Assembly: GCF_001194135.2 (NCBI RefSeq)
Contig: NC_068984.1
Coordinates: 10,966,308-11,010,353 of the forward strand
DNA: 44,046 bases
Source of the DNA: Octopus bimaculoides
Taxonomy: Eukaryota
Direction: 5' to 3'
Under the pieces are notes generated by a model that had not been told where the DNA came from, ran no database searches, and worked only from the letters and a program-made list of their open reading frames with translations. Shown piece by piece: positions 1 to 11,779 of the stretch. Position numbers and translations under genes: made by a program. Position 1 is the first letter of the stretch. Each line of letters opens with the position of its first letter.

Positions 1-253
1 GGCTTGTGCGGGTGGCACATAAAAGACACCATTTCGAGCGTGGCCGTTTTCGTGCGGGTGACACGTAAAAGCACCCACTACACTCTCTGAGTGGTTGGCG
101 TTAGGAAGGGCATCCAGCTGTAGAAACTCTGCCAAATCAGACTGGAGCCTGGTGTTGCCATCCGGTTTCACCAGTCCTCAGTCAAATCGTCCAACCCATG
201 CTAGCATGGAAAGCGGACGTTAAACGATGATGATGATGATGATGATGATGATA
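1..253 (+). mobile_element. SINE-like family A ((GAT)n-tailed), young copy, cut by window start
   Basis: Body ...gtggttggcgttaggaagggcatccagctgtagaaactc...gcatggaaagcggacgttaaac then (GAT)n. The same body recurs about ten times in the window. CpG-rich. Confidence 0.85.
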
Positions 254-786
254 TACTGTGGACTACTTCTGTTCATTTTTGCAACTATTTAATTAGGACC
301 ACATAAAGACATTTCCAAATTAAATACTCATAAATATTACTAAATTCACGTTTGTCAGTTGTTTTTTACTGTAGCTGTGTTGTTATGTAAGTACTTCCCT
401 GGAGGAAGTTTACAAATCCAAACATTCCAACAAGTTATGTGGTTGCAGAGAAATAAAAATTCCCTCTTGGGTATGAACAAAAAATATAACAGACTTTATA
501 GTTACGACTACAAGAGTAAACAAAGAAACACCCAAATTCTTTAAGCGTTTCCTTACAGTTTGTAAATGTTAAGTTCAACTTAGTTGACAGAAGAAGGGTT
601 CAATTTCAAGTCATGTCAGTTTAATATGGGTGACAATTACAAGTTTTACATAAAAGTTAATAAATAAACCAAAATGATGTACCAAATAATTTTCTTCTCC
701 ATTCTCTTCAAGATTTCCTCCTTTGGTGTTTTTTCCATATTCTTTTTTCACTGTCACTAATGCCATTTCCATTTTTGTTTTCATCG

Positions 787-1357
787 TGTTGTTGTTATTA
801 TTATTATTATTATAGCCGTCACACAGTATACAATATCATGAGGTTGTTGATTGAACATATTGTGTCTACTGGGGGGTTTGTACTGTTTGTCAAGTCACAA
901 CAAGGACCTCAGACAGTCTTTAATGCTATATGTGTGCAGTTCCCAGTAATGCTGACTTTTGCAATACACCTAGATTGTAGAGTATTTCACAAGTCTTCAG
1001 ATTGGGTGGTATTGAACCCAATGCTCCGATGACAATAGGGATAACCTTTATGTTTGACTCTCTTAGCTGCCACATGTTAGCAATCTCAATTCTTAGGTCT
1101 CCATATTTATCAACCTTTTCGTTTTCTTTCATGATGATATGTTGGTCTCCTGTCACTGCCACGTCAATTATTAGGCACTCTCGTTTGTCCTTCGTGAAGG
1201 TTACTATATCCAGCCTCCGGTGCTCTAATACCTTGCCTGTCTGGAAGTCAAAGTCCCAGAAGATTTTTGCCTTCCCCTTTTCCTCCATTACCTATTCTGG
1301 TGTATGTTGGTACCAAGCATCTGTAACCGCATATCCATACTTACAGCATAGTAGCCA
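787..1357 (-). mobile_element. 5'-truncated non-LTR retrotransposon, C-terminal restriction-like endonuclease domain (R4/Dong-like), with 3'UTR and (TAA)n tail
   Basis: Minus strand reads WLLCCKYGYAVTDAWYQHTPE*VMEEKGKAKIFWDF...RRLDIV...CLIIDVAV...KENEKVDKYGDL...MW...VIPIVIGALG...LQKSALLGTAHI. This is the PD-(D/E)xK-type RLE motif set of R2-group elements. About 110 nt of 3'UTR follow, then (TAA)n at 787-803. Confidence 0.85.
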
Positions 1358-1517
1358 GTTTTGAATTAAAATCTTCCACCAAACCTTAGTCACAGTTTAT
1401 GTTCCTAACACTAGCTTAATAATAACTAAGTAATTTTACTAAATTCTTTGTTACATTTAAAATTAATTGAAAGAAACACAGAGCATCTCAACAGAAATAT
1501 GGTAAGAAAATGGTTAA
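1358..1517 (+). mobile_element. Partial TTAA-type (piggyBac-like) MITE, right portion
   Basis: Aligns by eye to the 3' two-thirds of the complete copy at 9234-9455 and ends in ...tggttaa. Confidence 0.75.
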
Positions 1518-1518
1518 A

Positions 1519-2165
1519 GTAGTAAGCTGGCAGAATCATTAGCAAGCTGGACAAAATATTTAGTGGCATTTCCTCCCTCTTTACATTCGGAGTTCAAATG
1601 TCTCCGAGGTCAACTTCATATTATGTCCTTTTGAGGTGGTCAACAACTTAAGTACTGGTCAAGCACTGGGGTTAATGTAATCAACTTACCCTTTCCCCTA
1701 AAATTTCAGGCCTTGTGTCTATAATAGAAAGGATTATTATTATTGCAACAAGCTGGCAAAATCATTGCCATGCCAAACAAATGGTTTAGCGCCATTTCTT
1801 CTTGCTCTTTACATTCTGAGCTCAAATTCTACTAAGGTGGACTTAACCTTTCATTCTTTTGGTGTTGATAAAATTAGTGCCAGTTACACACTGGGGTCAA
1901 TGGCATCATCTAGACCTATTGCCCCAAATTTCAGGCCTTGTGCATATAATAGACTGGATTATTAATTTTAGCATTATGATGAAAGGGGGTGGATTAGCAG
2001 AATAATTAAGAGTGTTGGAGAAAATGCCTTACAGCATTTACCTGCAACACTTTACGTTCCGAGTTCAAATCTCACCAAAGTAAACATTGTTTTTTTAGAC
2101 CTCCAGTGTCAAAATAAAATACCAAACAAGTACTACAGAAATTTAGTTGACTAACCCCTCCCCAC
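1519..2165 (+). mobile_element. Three head-to-tail copies of SINE-like family C
   Basis: Each copy carries agctggcagaa...ctgagttcaaat...gaggtcaacttt...aagtac...ctggggt...aaatttcaggccttgtg...agaaaggattatt. Units start near 1519, 1745 and 1985; the third is more decayed. Confidence 0.75.
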
Positions 2166-2477
2166 GAGCTTCTCGTTTTGCACTGTATTGTTTCTAATTT
2201 AGTCACATGACCAGAAATTTTGAGGGGAGGTGTTTAGTCATTTATATCAATTTTTAGGATTTGGCTGGTACTCTATTTTACCAGCTTGGAGAAAATGAAA
2301 GACAAAGTTGACCGTGGCAAGATTTGAACCCAGAATCTAAAGAGTCAGAAGAAATATCACCAGGCAATTAATTTGTCCAAAGCTCTAATGATTTTGACAA
2401 ACCACACTTTTGCTGATATTAGAACTACTTTTTGTTATTAGAGAAGTATTAAGGTAATGAAATTGCTGAATCATTAA

Positions 2478-2877
2478 CATGTGTGATAAGAAGCCTGCTT
2501 CCCAATCACATGGTTCTGGGTTCAGTCCCACTGTGTGGCACCTTTGGCAAGTGTCTTCTACTATAGTCTTGGGCCAACCAAAGCCTTGTGAGTGGATTTG
2601 GTAGACGGAAACTGAAAGAAGCCCACCGTAGATATATATGTATGTGTGTGTGTATGTATTTGTGTCTATATTTGTGTCCCCCACCATTGCTTGACAACCG
2701 ATATTGGTATGTTTATGTCCCCGTAACTTAGCGGTTCGGCAAAAGAGATGGATAGAATAAATATACTAGGCTTACAAAGAATAAGTCCTGGGGGTTCGAT
2801 TTGTTTGACTAAAGGTGGTGCTCCAGTATGGCTACAGTCAAATGACTGAAACAAATAGAAGAATAAAAGAATAAAAA
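2478..2877 (+). mobile_element. tRNA-derived SINE family B, near full length, internal (TA/TG)n
   Basis: Head with B-box-like ggttcagtccc, body ggcaagtgtcttctactatag...gacggaaactgaaagaagccc, internal microsatellite and tail gtcaaatgactgaaaca...aaaaga repeats. Confidence 0.85.
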
Positions 2878-3135
2878 ATGCTCAGTGGCACAGCCATCTT
2901 TACATTCTGAGTTCAAATTCTGCCAAGGTCAACTTTGTCTTTCATTTTTTGGGGGTTAATGAAATAAGTATTGTGGTCAGTGTAATTGGTTATCCCCTTC
3001 CCTCAAAATTTCAGATCTTGTACCTCTAGTAGAAAGAATTATAATCAGAAATATTTGACCAAGAGATCAAGTATTTAGTTTTATCTTTTAGTGTCCCTAG
3101 TTCAAATTCTGCCAGACTTGACTTTGTACACCACC
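2878..3135 (+). mobile_element. SINE family C fragments
   Basis: ctttacattctgagttcaaattctgccaaggtcaactttg...aaatttcag...agtagaaagaattat, then a second partial head near 3095. Confidence 0.65.
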
Positions 3136-4229
3136 CCTAATCTCCACCAGATAATAAAACTGCATATGAAACCACCCGGCTTATACTAACCAGATTTGCT
3201 TCAGTTAACTATACCCCACTTCACTGTAAATTTCAGGCCTCTGTGTCAGTTGTAGACACCCTTGAATAACATTGTTAATACCATCAAGAAAAGAATGAAC
3301 AGCATGTAATTTCCTTCTGTTTTATTGTAAATTTGTGTCTTTTCAGAAGACACTGAGATACAAAGTAATTACTAAGTATTCTGGTTATTCAATTATTTAT
3401 TTATTAGTGGTGTTCACCTTGAAGTAAGTGTTCAGTGATGAGTGTCTGTGGTTCAGTTTCAAATCCTGGTTGGAATCATTTCATTTATCTTAAATTACTA
3501 ATGATCTTAAAAAAGCATGAATATCTTAACTTCCTGTTTGGCAAAGAATCTCAGGCTTCTTATCTACTTATGTAATAATTATTTATGTATTTTCATTGGA
3601 AATGATTTGCCTCAGTACTGTAAACTATCAGTTTCTTTGGCACTTTACCAATGAGACATTCTCTCTTTTTCTTAACATTTTTCGCTGCCAGATAAATTGC
3701 AAAAAAATTGATTTTAGTGTCTGGCCAAGTGCAGAGCAGTGTCACACCAATTATGCAAAGGAAGACATCACAATTATAAATTTTATTCATTGATATCTCA
3801 TAACTTACAATAGATTAGTTTTATAAATGTCAGCTTTATTGTATAAAAACAGCAGCAGTTTAAACTTGGCTCATATATTTATGATATACTGCTGTGTTAT
3901 TTATTAAATATGTTGTCATGCTTATCTGTTTTACCAATTCTACCCTAACCAGTTCTTGTCAATCAGAACATTTGCAGGGAAACATCTTATTAAATTACGA
4001 GGGTCAGACTGCCATATTTAGTACTCTGTACTCCAGATGTACAAATAGAAGTATCTGACTGGCTTTCTTCTAACACTGATCTCACATCTTTATTACAAAT
4101 ATACTGCCCTAAACTTAAGGTATCTCAAAAGTAATCTATTTTATCACCTTCAAATGCTACTTTATCAGTAAGTATTGATGCTGAAGATCTATTTTCTTAT
4201 ATCCTGCTTAAATAGACCCTTGAAAGTGT

Positions 4230-4740
4230 CAGCAAAAGCAGTACCATACTCTTGATAATGAGAAAGCCATTGACTGGATATAATACAAGAATCTTCTGGA
4301 AAAACTGCTCATTTGTCAAATCCATTTAGCTTGTGCCTTTATGATTGGAAGTTTTCCATTCAACCACTTTTTGTATTTCTAAGGTTCTCTAACCTAAGTC
4401 CTGCTTACTCTGATATACTCCAAGGCTCAGTTATAAATCCCCTTCAATTTCTTCTCTGTACCAAAAACCTGTTCTTAGTTATTTCTCAACACAAACGTCT
4501 ATGTAGACAACAGTTCCTTTTCATTTTTGTTATAGGCAACATACATCATGTATCCTTGATACTTTTTAGCAGACCTGCACTGGTACCATGTGCAGGTTCT
4601 TTGCAAACATCCTCCATTGTGGACATGGCAACTTAATCTCCATCAACAAATCTTCCCCACCCCCACAAAGAACACAGTTACCACCACATGTGCCACTACT
4701 CATTTACAACACTGTGCTCCTCTTATGGTCAACTCCTAGC
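4230..4740 (+). mobile_element. Decayed L2/CR1/Jockey-group LINE reverse-transcriptase fragment
   Basis: KAIDWI*YKNLLEKL at 4263 (cf. KAFDRVWH.xLL.KL), QGSVINPLQFLLCTKNL at 4421 (cf. PQGSVLGPLLFLLYINDL) and YVDN at 4500 (cf. YADD). Order and spacing are correct; stops and frameshifts are present. Confidence 0.65.
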
Positions 4741-6344
4741 TGAAACCTTCATAGATCTTAGTAACTTTGATGATTTGTTTTCATGATAATCACATAATAT
4801 AACCAAAAATAAACTTTGGATCTTTGCTTTAATTTCAGACTCTATATTTATAAACCATAGTTGAACCTCCTTACTACAGAGCTGGTTGTATGTCTGTCAC
4901 TATGACACAGCTTCACAATCCCAAAACAGACCATCTTATTGATTAATACACTTTCACTTACTTATTCCTTTCACTCCCTGTGGAGCACAGCCCATTGCTG
5001 TCCTTCTCATTTCATACATCCTCTTGGTGTTTCTTGAAAGATGACCTTTCTTGCCCAGGGTCATGTTGCATTTGAACTGTCATCAATGCTTCTCTAACTT
5101 TGCTTTTTTTTTTTTCTAGACAGAGATTTTAGCCCTGTGCAGACCCATTTTTACCTCTGAGAAGAGGTAGTCCATATTAGTCTGGTCTCTATCCTTTGAC
5201 CTGTCCACAATAGAAGGTCCAACCAGGAGCTTGTACTGCTGGCAGAGCTCTCTCAGGGTCATTGAGACACACAAAAGACCACACTACAACAAGGAATGGA
5301 CCTTGCAGTAAACACATTCATTCAAAAATATTCTAAAACTCTTACAATCTTGATACATTATGTCATTTCTACCATCATGATAGCAATCCATTTTTTCTAA
5401 ACTTGTAAGCTCTGCATCACCCTTATCCAAGCTGATCTGATTTATTTTTATCTCCTCTTATCATTTTTACTGTCTCATCCCCCAAACATTGCTTTAAGCC
5501 AATCTTTTATACCAAGAACTACTGTCATTTCATATACTGTCCTTACCCACATTTTCTTTATAGATATCAATTTGCAAAAGTTCCACAACTAAACATCAAC
5601 TGCATCGACTTTCACTAGTCTGGTAAGACATGCATAATCTATATGCATCACCATTCATCCTTAACAGAAATTATTGAAGGAAATTTACTGTAATAGATTT
5701 TCTTCTCCATTTGCATCAAACTAAACTATTGTTCCCCACCCCCTACACGCGCACTAAATTAGGGGGCTTATGTCGAGATTGAAGATAATCTGAAAAGTAT
5801 GTAATCATTTAACCGTCGACATTTATTTTTTTATGCTTCAGTGACTGAAACAGATCTTCTGAGGAAATTATTGTTTTTCTTTTCATTTATTGGCTGAGTA
5901 ACATATTTAATGCCAAACCATTTCTTCAACTTTAACTTTTTCCTGCAGTTAGCAGCCCTTGAAAATGCATCTACAGGGTAACTTGATATTGGGTAGGTTT
6001 GTTTAAGTTGTATATCTGTGTGTGTGTGTGTGTATGTAGTGGTAGCTAGATATGCATGTATCTCATTAGGTGCATCTTATTTAGCTTATCAAAGCTTTTA
6101 TTCACTGACAGTGCTTTACAGTTAATTAATAATTAGTTAGAGCTATAATCAATCTCTGTGGGAAATAATTAAACAGAAAATATTAATCTCAAATATATCT
6201 ATACAAAGAAAATATTCGCATATTTACTTTATGCAAACATATATGTGTGTGTATTTATTTAGGTTATAGCAAATCTCTCTCTCTCTCTCTCTCTGTATAT
6301 ATGTGTGTGTGTGTGTTTGAGAGAGAGAGGGGGGAGGGAAAGAG

Positions 6345-6475
6345 TTTATTGGAACTTAATGCTTTATCTTGCAACTTGGATTTCACACCACTGTGATCTT
6401 CAGGGAAGAACCCTTACCTGAAGATCACAGTGGCATGAAACTCAAGTCACAAGATAAACATTCAGTTTCAATAAA
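6345..6475. ncRNA. Fold-back element with hammerhead-ribozyme-like motif in each outward-pointing arm
   Basis: Arms of about 58 bp, each ending in AATAAA. Plus arm: CTGAAGA(6418-24)-tcacagtggcat-GAAA(6437-40)-CTCAAG-TC. Minus arm: CTGAAGA-T-CAC agtg GTG-T-GAAA-TCCAAG-TT. Confidence 0.45.
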
Positions 6476-8162
6476 TCATATGTTATATGCATCGAGCACT
6501 TCAGTCTCATTCATTTGACATAATTCAGCATTAATTGAGTGTGTGTATGTGAATATACACATACTTATGCACATACATACATTCATATACATATTCACAG
6601 AATTGGATTTTGGTTTTGATTTGTCTCAAACAGATGACAAGTTTCAGCTTAGTAGTTGAATAACGTATCTCCAGCATGAACCCATCATAAAGCTGTCATG
6701 GCTCAATTCCAAGGTAGAAACATTCATTCACATTTAATCCTCCTACTGTGGAATTCAAGCTGTAGTCACACCACATCTATGCCTATACAAGTTAAAATCA
6801 AGTATATAGTATTCAACAAACTAAATTACTTAAGGCTTCACTGAAGTAAAAAAAATAGTGAAAAATGTCATGGCTCAGCTAACTAAACAACTTGTCAATG
6901 TTCCCAGAAATTTAGACATAGTGAAAGTGTAATTGCAGCTAATTACATTTAATGTATGTGTCAAGGGGACTAACAAACAGAGAGAGTTGGAGGACACACT
7001 GCCAGTTATATTACAAAATAATTTATATTTTGTTTCACATTTAAAAGTCCTTTTTTTTTCTTCCCATGCAAATTAACTGTTATTTTTGTCAATATTTTGT
7101 TTGTTGTAATTTATTTTATAATACTTATTGTCATGGTGATACTGAACTATTTACTCTAATTCAATTATCTCATTCATTTGTATAACTTAATTAATTATTA
7201 GTTGTTCATTATTATTAGTTTATATAAAACCTTAACAATTGTAAACCAACTAATGCTGATTTCCCTTATTTGATTCTATATGCAACAAGGAATACAATTC
7301 ATACGTGCACATGCTCCAATCATTTACCAGTAGTGGATGCACACATATACTAACATTTGCTTAAATACACACCTACGCATGTGCACGCACACAAACACAA
7401 GCAATTGCTGGTAACAAATGCACATATATGATTACCAAAATAACACTCATCATAACTAATATTGTTATTTTTTTTCTTCACTGTACAATTATTTCAAGTT
7501 AGCATTTTTAATGCTTCCTGCATTTAATAACACCTTTTATAATTGTGCGTGTGTGTGTGTGTACGCATATGTGCACATGTGTGTTTATGTACTATTTGAG
7601 CAATACTTGAAAAATACTTTGGGTCATGTACTCCATAATATCAACATATTTTGTTGTTACAACATGTTTTCGTTGTTATGTTATTGTGTCACTATTATGA
7701 TTGTTGCATAACAAAACTTATGAAAATATTGTTGAAATGGAATTACTTAAACAACAACAGAAAAAGTAAAGAAAATTGAGATGAACTATACATATCCAAA
7801 CACACACACACACACACACACAAATGCACACATATTTCTCTCATTCTCTCCAACACACACACACACACACACAGAAAGTGAGATGTTTACATTATATTGC
7901 AAAAACAAACAAACAAGAAAACAGTCTTTATAAGTAGGAAAGAAGACAGGATCCTGGTGCCGTTTAGGAAAAGGCCATGCTTCATATACAGACAAGCAGT
8001 AGACAGAAATTCCATACAGTATTACCATTGTAAACTATGGATACATAAGAGGTATGATTTGACTGCAGTTCAGATATGCTAAAAGAACAGCTAGATCTTG
8101 TATGTGGCAGATGTACAAGAGTAGTTAGCAATATAAGTATACATGAAGTAGATTCTATTTAA

Positions 8163-8509
8163 TCAGTGTTTCTCAACCATTTTTTACCAAAGGATCCCTT
8201 TGGTTCCAATTATATTCAGTTGGACCCCCAAAGCCATGAAATGTTTAAAAATCTTATATTTTCATAATTAAATATTATTAGGAATTTATTTTATTCTTTT
8301 ATTCTTTTACTTGTTTCAGTCATTTGGCTGCGGCCATGCTGGAGCACAACCTTTTAGTCGAGCAAATTAACCCCAGGACTTATTCTTTGTAAGCCTAGTA
8401 TTTATTCTATCGGTCTCTTTTTGCTGAACCGCTAAGTTACAGGGACATAAACACACCAGTATCGGATGTCAAGTGATGTTGTGGGTGGGTGGGGGTACAA
8501 ACAGACACA

Positions 8510-8546
<37 letters not shown>

Positions 8547-8800
8547 GACAGGCTTCTTTCATTTTCTGTCTACCAAATCCACCCACAAGGCTTTGGTCGG
8601 CCTGAGGCTATAGTAGAAGACACTTGCCCAAGGTGCCATACAGTGAGACTAAACCTGGAACTATGTTCCTCAACAAATTCTTTTGACCCATGCAAACACA
8701 GAAACATAGATGCTAAAAGCAACCATGTAAAAAAGATATACCTAAAATTTTTTACCACCAAGGGTCCCTTTATTTCAGTTATTTTCCCACAGGCACAGGT
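8163..8800 (+). mobile_element. hAT-like MITE interrupted by a SINE
   Basis: Left end cagtgtttctcaacc (Charlie/MER5-type terminus). Right end is degenerate (cccacaggcacaggtatgag). No TSD recognised. Confidence 0.5.
8288..8664 (-). mobile_element. SINE family B
   Basis: Reverse complement of the 2478-2877 and 19372-19785 structure, with internal (CA)n. Confidence 0.85.
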
Positions 8801-8801
8801 A

Positions 8802-9175
8802 TGAGTGTATAGTTAAGAGACTTACTTTGTAAGTACATTGTTTCAGGTTCAATCCACAGCACAGCACCTTAGGCTAGAGTTTTCTACTATAGCTCCAGGC
8901 TGACCAATGCTTTGAGAGAGGATATGGTAGATGGAAACTTTTGGAAGCCCACCGTATATGTGTGATTGCCCCCCCCCCAACAGCTTAACAACCAGTGTTG
9001 GTTTGTTTATGTCCCCATAACTTATCAGCTTGGTAAGAGATACTGATAGAATAAATACCAAACTTTAAAAACAAAAGGAGTAATGAGATTGATTTGTTTA
9101 ATTAAAAACCTTCAGAGTGGTGCCCAAGCATGGCTGTTATCCAATGATGGAAACAAGTAAAAGATAAAAGATAGA
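8802..9175 (+). mobile_element. SINE family B, older copy
   Basis: caggttcaatccac...cttctactatagc...ggtagatggaaact...gtccccataactt...gaaacaagtaaaagataaaagata. Confidence 0.75.
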
Positions 9176-9233
9176 CCAGAGGCCTTTCAAAAGTTTATCT
9201 ACTCAACAAAAGGATTTTAGTAGCTAACATTAA

Positions 9234-9455
9234 CCCTTTCATTACCAACCCGGCTGAAACCGGCTCTGGCTCTGTAGTACAAATGTTTTGTTTATATAAG
9301 TTCCAAATTAAAATCTTCCACCAAATCTTAGCCACAATTTATGTTCCTAACACTAGCTTAATGATAACCAAGTTATTTTACTAAATTCTTTGTTATATTT
9401 AAAATTAATTGAAAGAAACATAGAGCATCTCAAACTAAATACAGTAACGAAAGGG
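9234..9455 (+). mobile_element. Complete piggyBac-like MITE (222 bp)
   Basis: TTAA at 9230-33 and 9456-59. TIRs CCCTTTCATTAC and GTAACGAAAGGG match at 11 of 12 positions. Confidence 0.85.
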
Positions 9456-9543
9456 TTAAACCTTCTCTCCCAACTGAAAGAAAAATCTAACTGATATATA
9501 CAACTAAAATAAATTGCAATATTAACCAAAAACACTTACTTTG

Positions 9544-9829
9544 TTAATGAAATGGTTGGTGGTACTTTGTTGATACTATGTTCCAAATTTCAGGTTCAAC
9601 GGCAGATAGTTTTAAGCATAGATCATGTTATAAAAAGTATCTAAAACAAATTAGAGTATTCCTGTAGATTTTGAAATTACTTTGAAATTTTATAAGTCTA
9701 TCAACGTTATCATGAGTAATTATCCATTTAACGCTGCAATGTCTCAAAATTTTGAACTTGGCTCACAGATCCCCAGTACAACTTTTGCATATCACCAGGG
9801 TTCCATGGACCACAGGTTGAGAATCGGTA
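9544..9829 (-). mobile_element. hAT (Buster/Charlie-type) deletion derivative: one terminus plus transposase C-terminal remnant
   Basis: Minus 9627-9544 reads HDLCLKLSAVEPEIWNIVSTKYHQPFH* (cf. DLRLKLS.IEP.I..L...KQ...SH*), preceded out of frame by KIYRNTL. A degenerate terminus ...ttctcaacctgtggtccatggaaccc starts near 9829. Confidence 0.6.
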
Positions 9830-10221
9830 GTGTAAAGGCTCCTTCAGTTATTGGTAAACTGTTTGCAACCGAAAATTGAAACCAACTCATCAAATGCTTA
9901 CATCTTCCTTCCCTTCCTTTTTTCTTTCTTTTTTCTTTTTTTCTTTCATATTCTTCATTTTATGTAATATGATATTAGCCAATATACAGTATGTAAACAA
10001 ATGCAATGCAGTGAGAGCATGTAAAGGGAAACAGCACAATCAGACGTATAATTCAAATGTCTCTCTCGAAATTTGTTAAGCTGGCATTCATCAAAAAGGA
10101 AAAAAAGGCTTCTGATGAAATGTTTAGCTAACCTGTCCAGTCTGTGCAAATTGAGTAGACAAAGAGATGAAAAAGAAAAACCTGCATGATATAAATTATT
10201 ATTATTATTATTATTATGAAA

Positions 10222-10474
10222 AAGGCGGTGAGCTGGCAGAAACGTTAGCACACCAAACAAAGTGCTTAGTGGTATTTCGTCCATCGCTACATTCTGAGTT
10301 CAAATTCCACCAAGGTCACCTTTGCCTTTCATCCTTTCATCCTAAATTAAGTACCAGTTGTGCACTGGGGTTGATCAAATTGACTGGCCCCCTCGCCAAA
10401 AATTTCAGGCTTTGTGCCAATAGTAGAAAGGATTATTATTTTATCATTATTATTATTAAATTATTATTATTATC

Positions 10475-10508
<34 letters not shown>

Positions 10509-11031
10509 GGGTTGCAGGCAGGCAGAATTGTTAGCACATCAGCCAAAATAACTTTGTGACATTTCTTCTGGTTCTTTATGTCCTGAGTTCAAACTCCACC
10601 GAGGTCAACTTTACCTTTCACTCTTTCAGAGTCAATCAAATAAATACCAGTTGAATGCTGGGGTTAATAGAATCAAATTACACACCCACCCTGTAAAACT
10701 GTTGACCATGTGCCAAAATTTGAAATTAGTATTATTATCATCTTCATTATTATTATTATAAGCCGGCAAGCTGGCAGAATCGTTAGCAAGCTGGACAAAA
10801 TGCTTAATGGTGTTTCAACTGCCACTACATTCTGTGTTCAAACTCCACTGAGGTCGACTTTGCCTTTCATCCTTTCAGGGTCGATAAATTAAGTACCAGT
10901 TGCGTACTGGAGTCGATGTAATTGACTCAACTTTTCCCCCAAATTTCAGGCCTTGTGCCCACAATAGAAAGGATTATTATTATTATTAGTAGTAGTAGTA
11001 GTAGTAGCAGTAGTAGTAGTAGTAGTAGTAG
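10222..11031 (+). mobile_element. Three head-to-tail SINE family C copies separated by (TAT)n, ending in (TAT)n(TAG)n
   Basis: Units start near 10222, 10509 and 10762, each ending ...agaaaggattattatt or ...gaaattagtattatt. Confidence 0.85.
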
Positions 11032-11779
11032 ACTACTTCTACCTATAGAAGTATATAGCTGTTAAATTCATCACCTGCAAAATGTCTTGTCTTTAGTTCC
11101 AAACTTTCTCCTGGGAATAAATCTGCTTTCCATTATAACTTCTCTGTTCTTTCCATAATAAGATTACTGGTTCCCTCCTGGGAATTTCTTTGGACTTTTG
11201 TACCTTGAAGAAGGTTCTGAGATGATTCAATAGACTTGGTTGAATTTCTTTTCTTTCCTTGAAATTGAGTTTCTCCATCCACCTCCCAGGAAAGACATGG
11301 AGAAAACAACTGACAGCCAAACTACTAAGACAACTAATAGACTCTCTCTCTCACACATACACATACACACACACAGATACACACAGTAATCCTGTGTGTT
11401 CAGTTATCATAATTTCTTATACATATTGAACACACACACATAGTCACACTCTGAACAGCTGCAAATTTTATGATATATAATTAGGCTAATATTGACCATG
11501 TAAAGCGATATGCCTTCTTTTTAGATCTAAGTTTAAGATAGAATATCTCTTTTACATAATGTGTTATTGTGCTACTATCCAGTATCTCAGTTATGGACGT
11601 AGTTGTTTGCTAGAACATGTCAAAAGTGAGATATGCCATTGTCGAGTGTGTGAGTTCTACAATGTGACAATGTAAGAAGCAAGCAGAGGCCTTGAGTCAA
11701 ATATTGCAAAGTGATACAACTGTGATGTGTTATTCTGCTGCTGTACATGTGTATGGTGCTTTTTCATCTGTATGATAGG

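Noticed and set aside
1002-1364. 120-aa plus-strand ORF
   Set aside because: Antisense shadow of the RLE retrotransposon fragment.
2385-2854. Recurrent ORFs containing motifs such as GLLSVSVYQIHSQGFG and EDTCPRCH (also 8466, 19400, 24990, 30019)
   Set aside because: Translations of SINE family B copies, not a gene family.
4960-5310. Possible RTE-related UTR fragments (also about 34540-34630 and 35610-35800)
   Set aside because: Resemblance is from memory only, with no coding motif or second copy in the window to support it.
5949-5977. Possible plus-strand mini-exon LAALENAST(G) with strong acceptor
   Set aside because: Donor GTAACT is mediocre and there is no supporting neighbouring exon. 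Similar weak candidates at 8028-8081, 32310-32344 and about 33590-33640 (minus) were also left out.
10222-11031. Regularly spaced repeats suggestive of a CRISPR array
   Set aside because: Units are about 220-bp SINEs with microsatellite spacers in a eukaryotic context, with no cas genes.
11093-11320. 75-aa minus ORF in moderately GC-rich unique sequence
   Set aside because: No recognisable domain and no coherent acceptor/donor pair in any of the six frames I tried.
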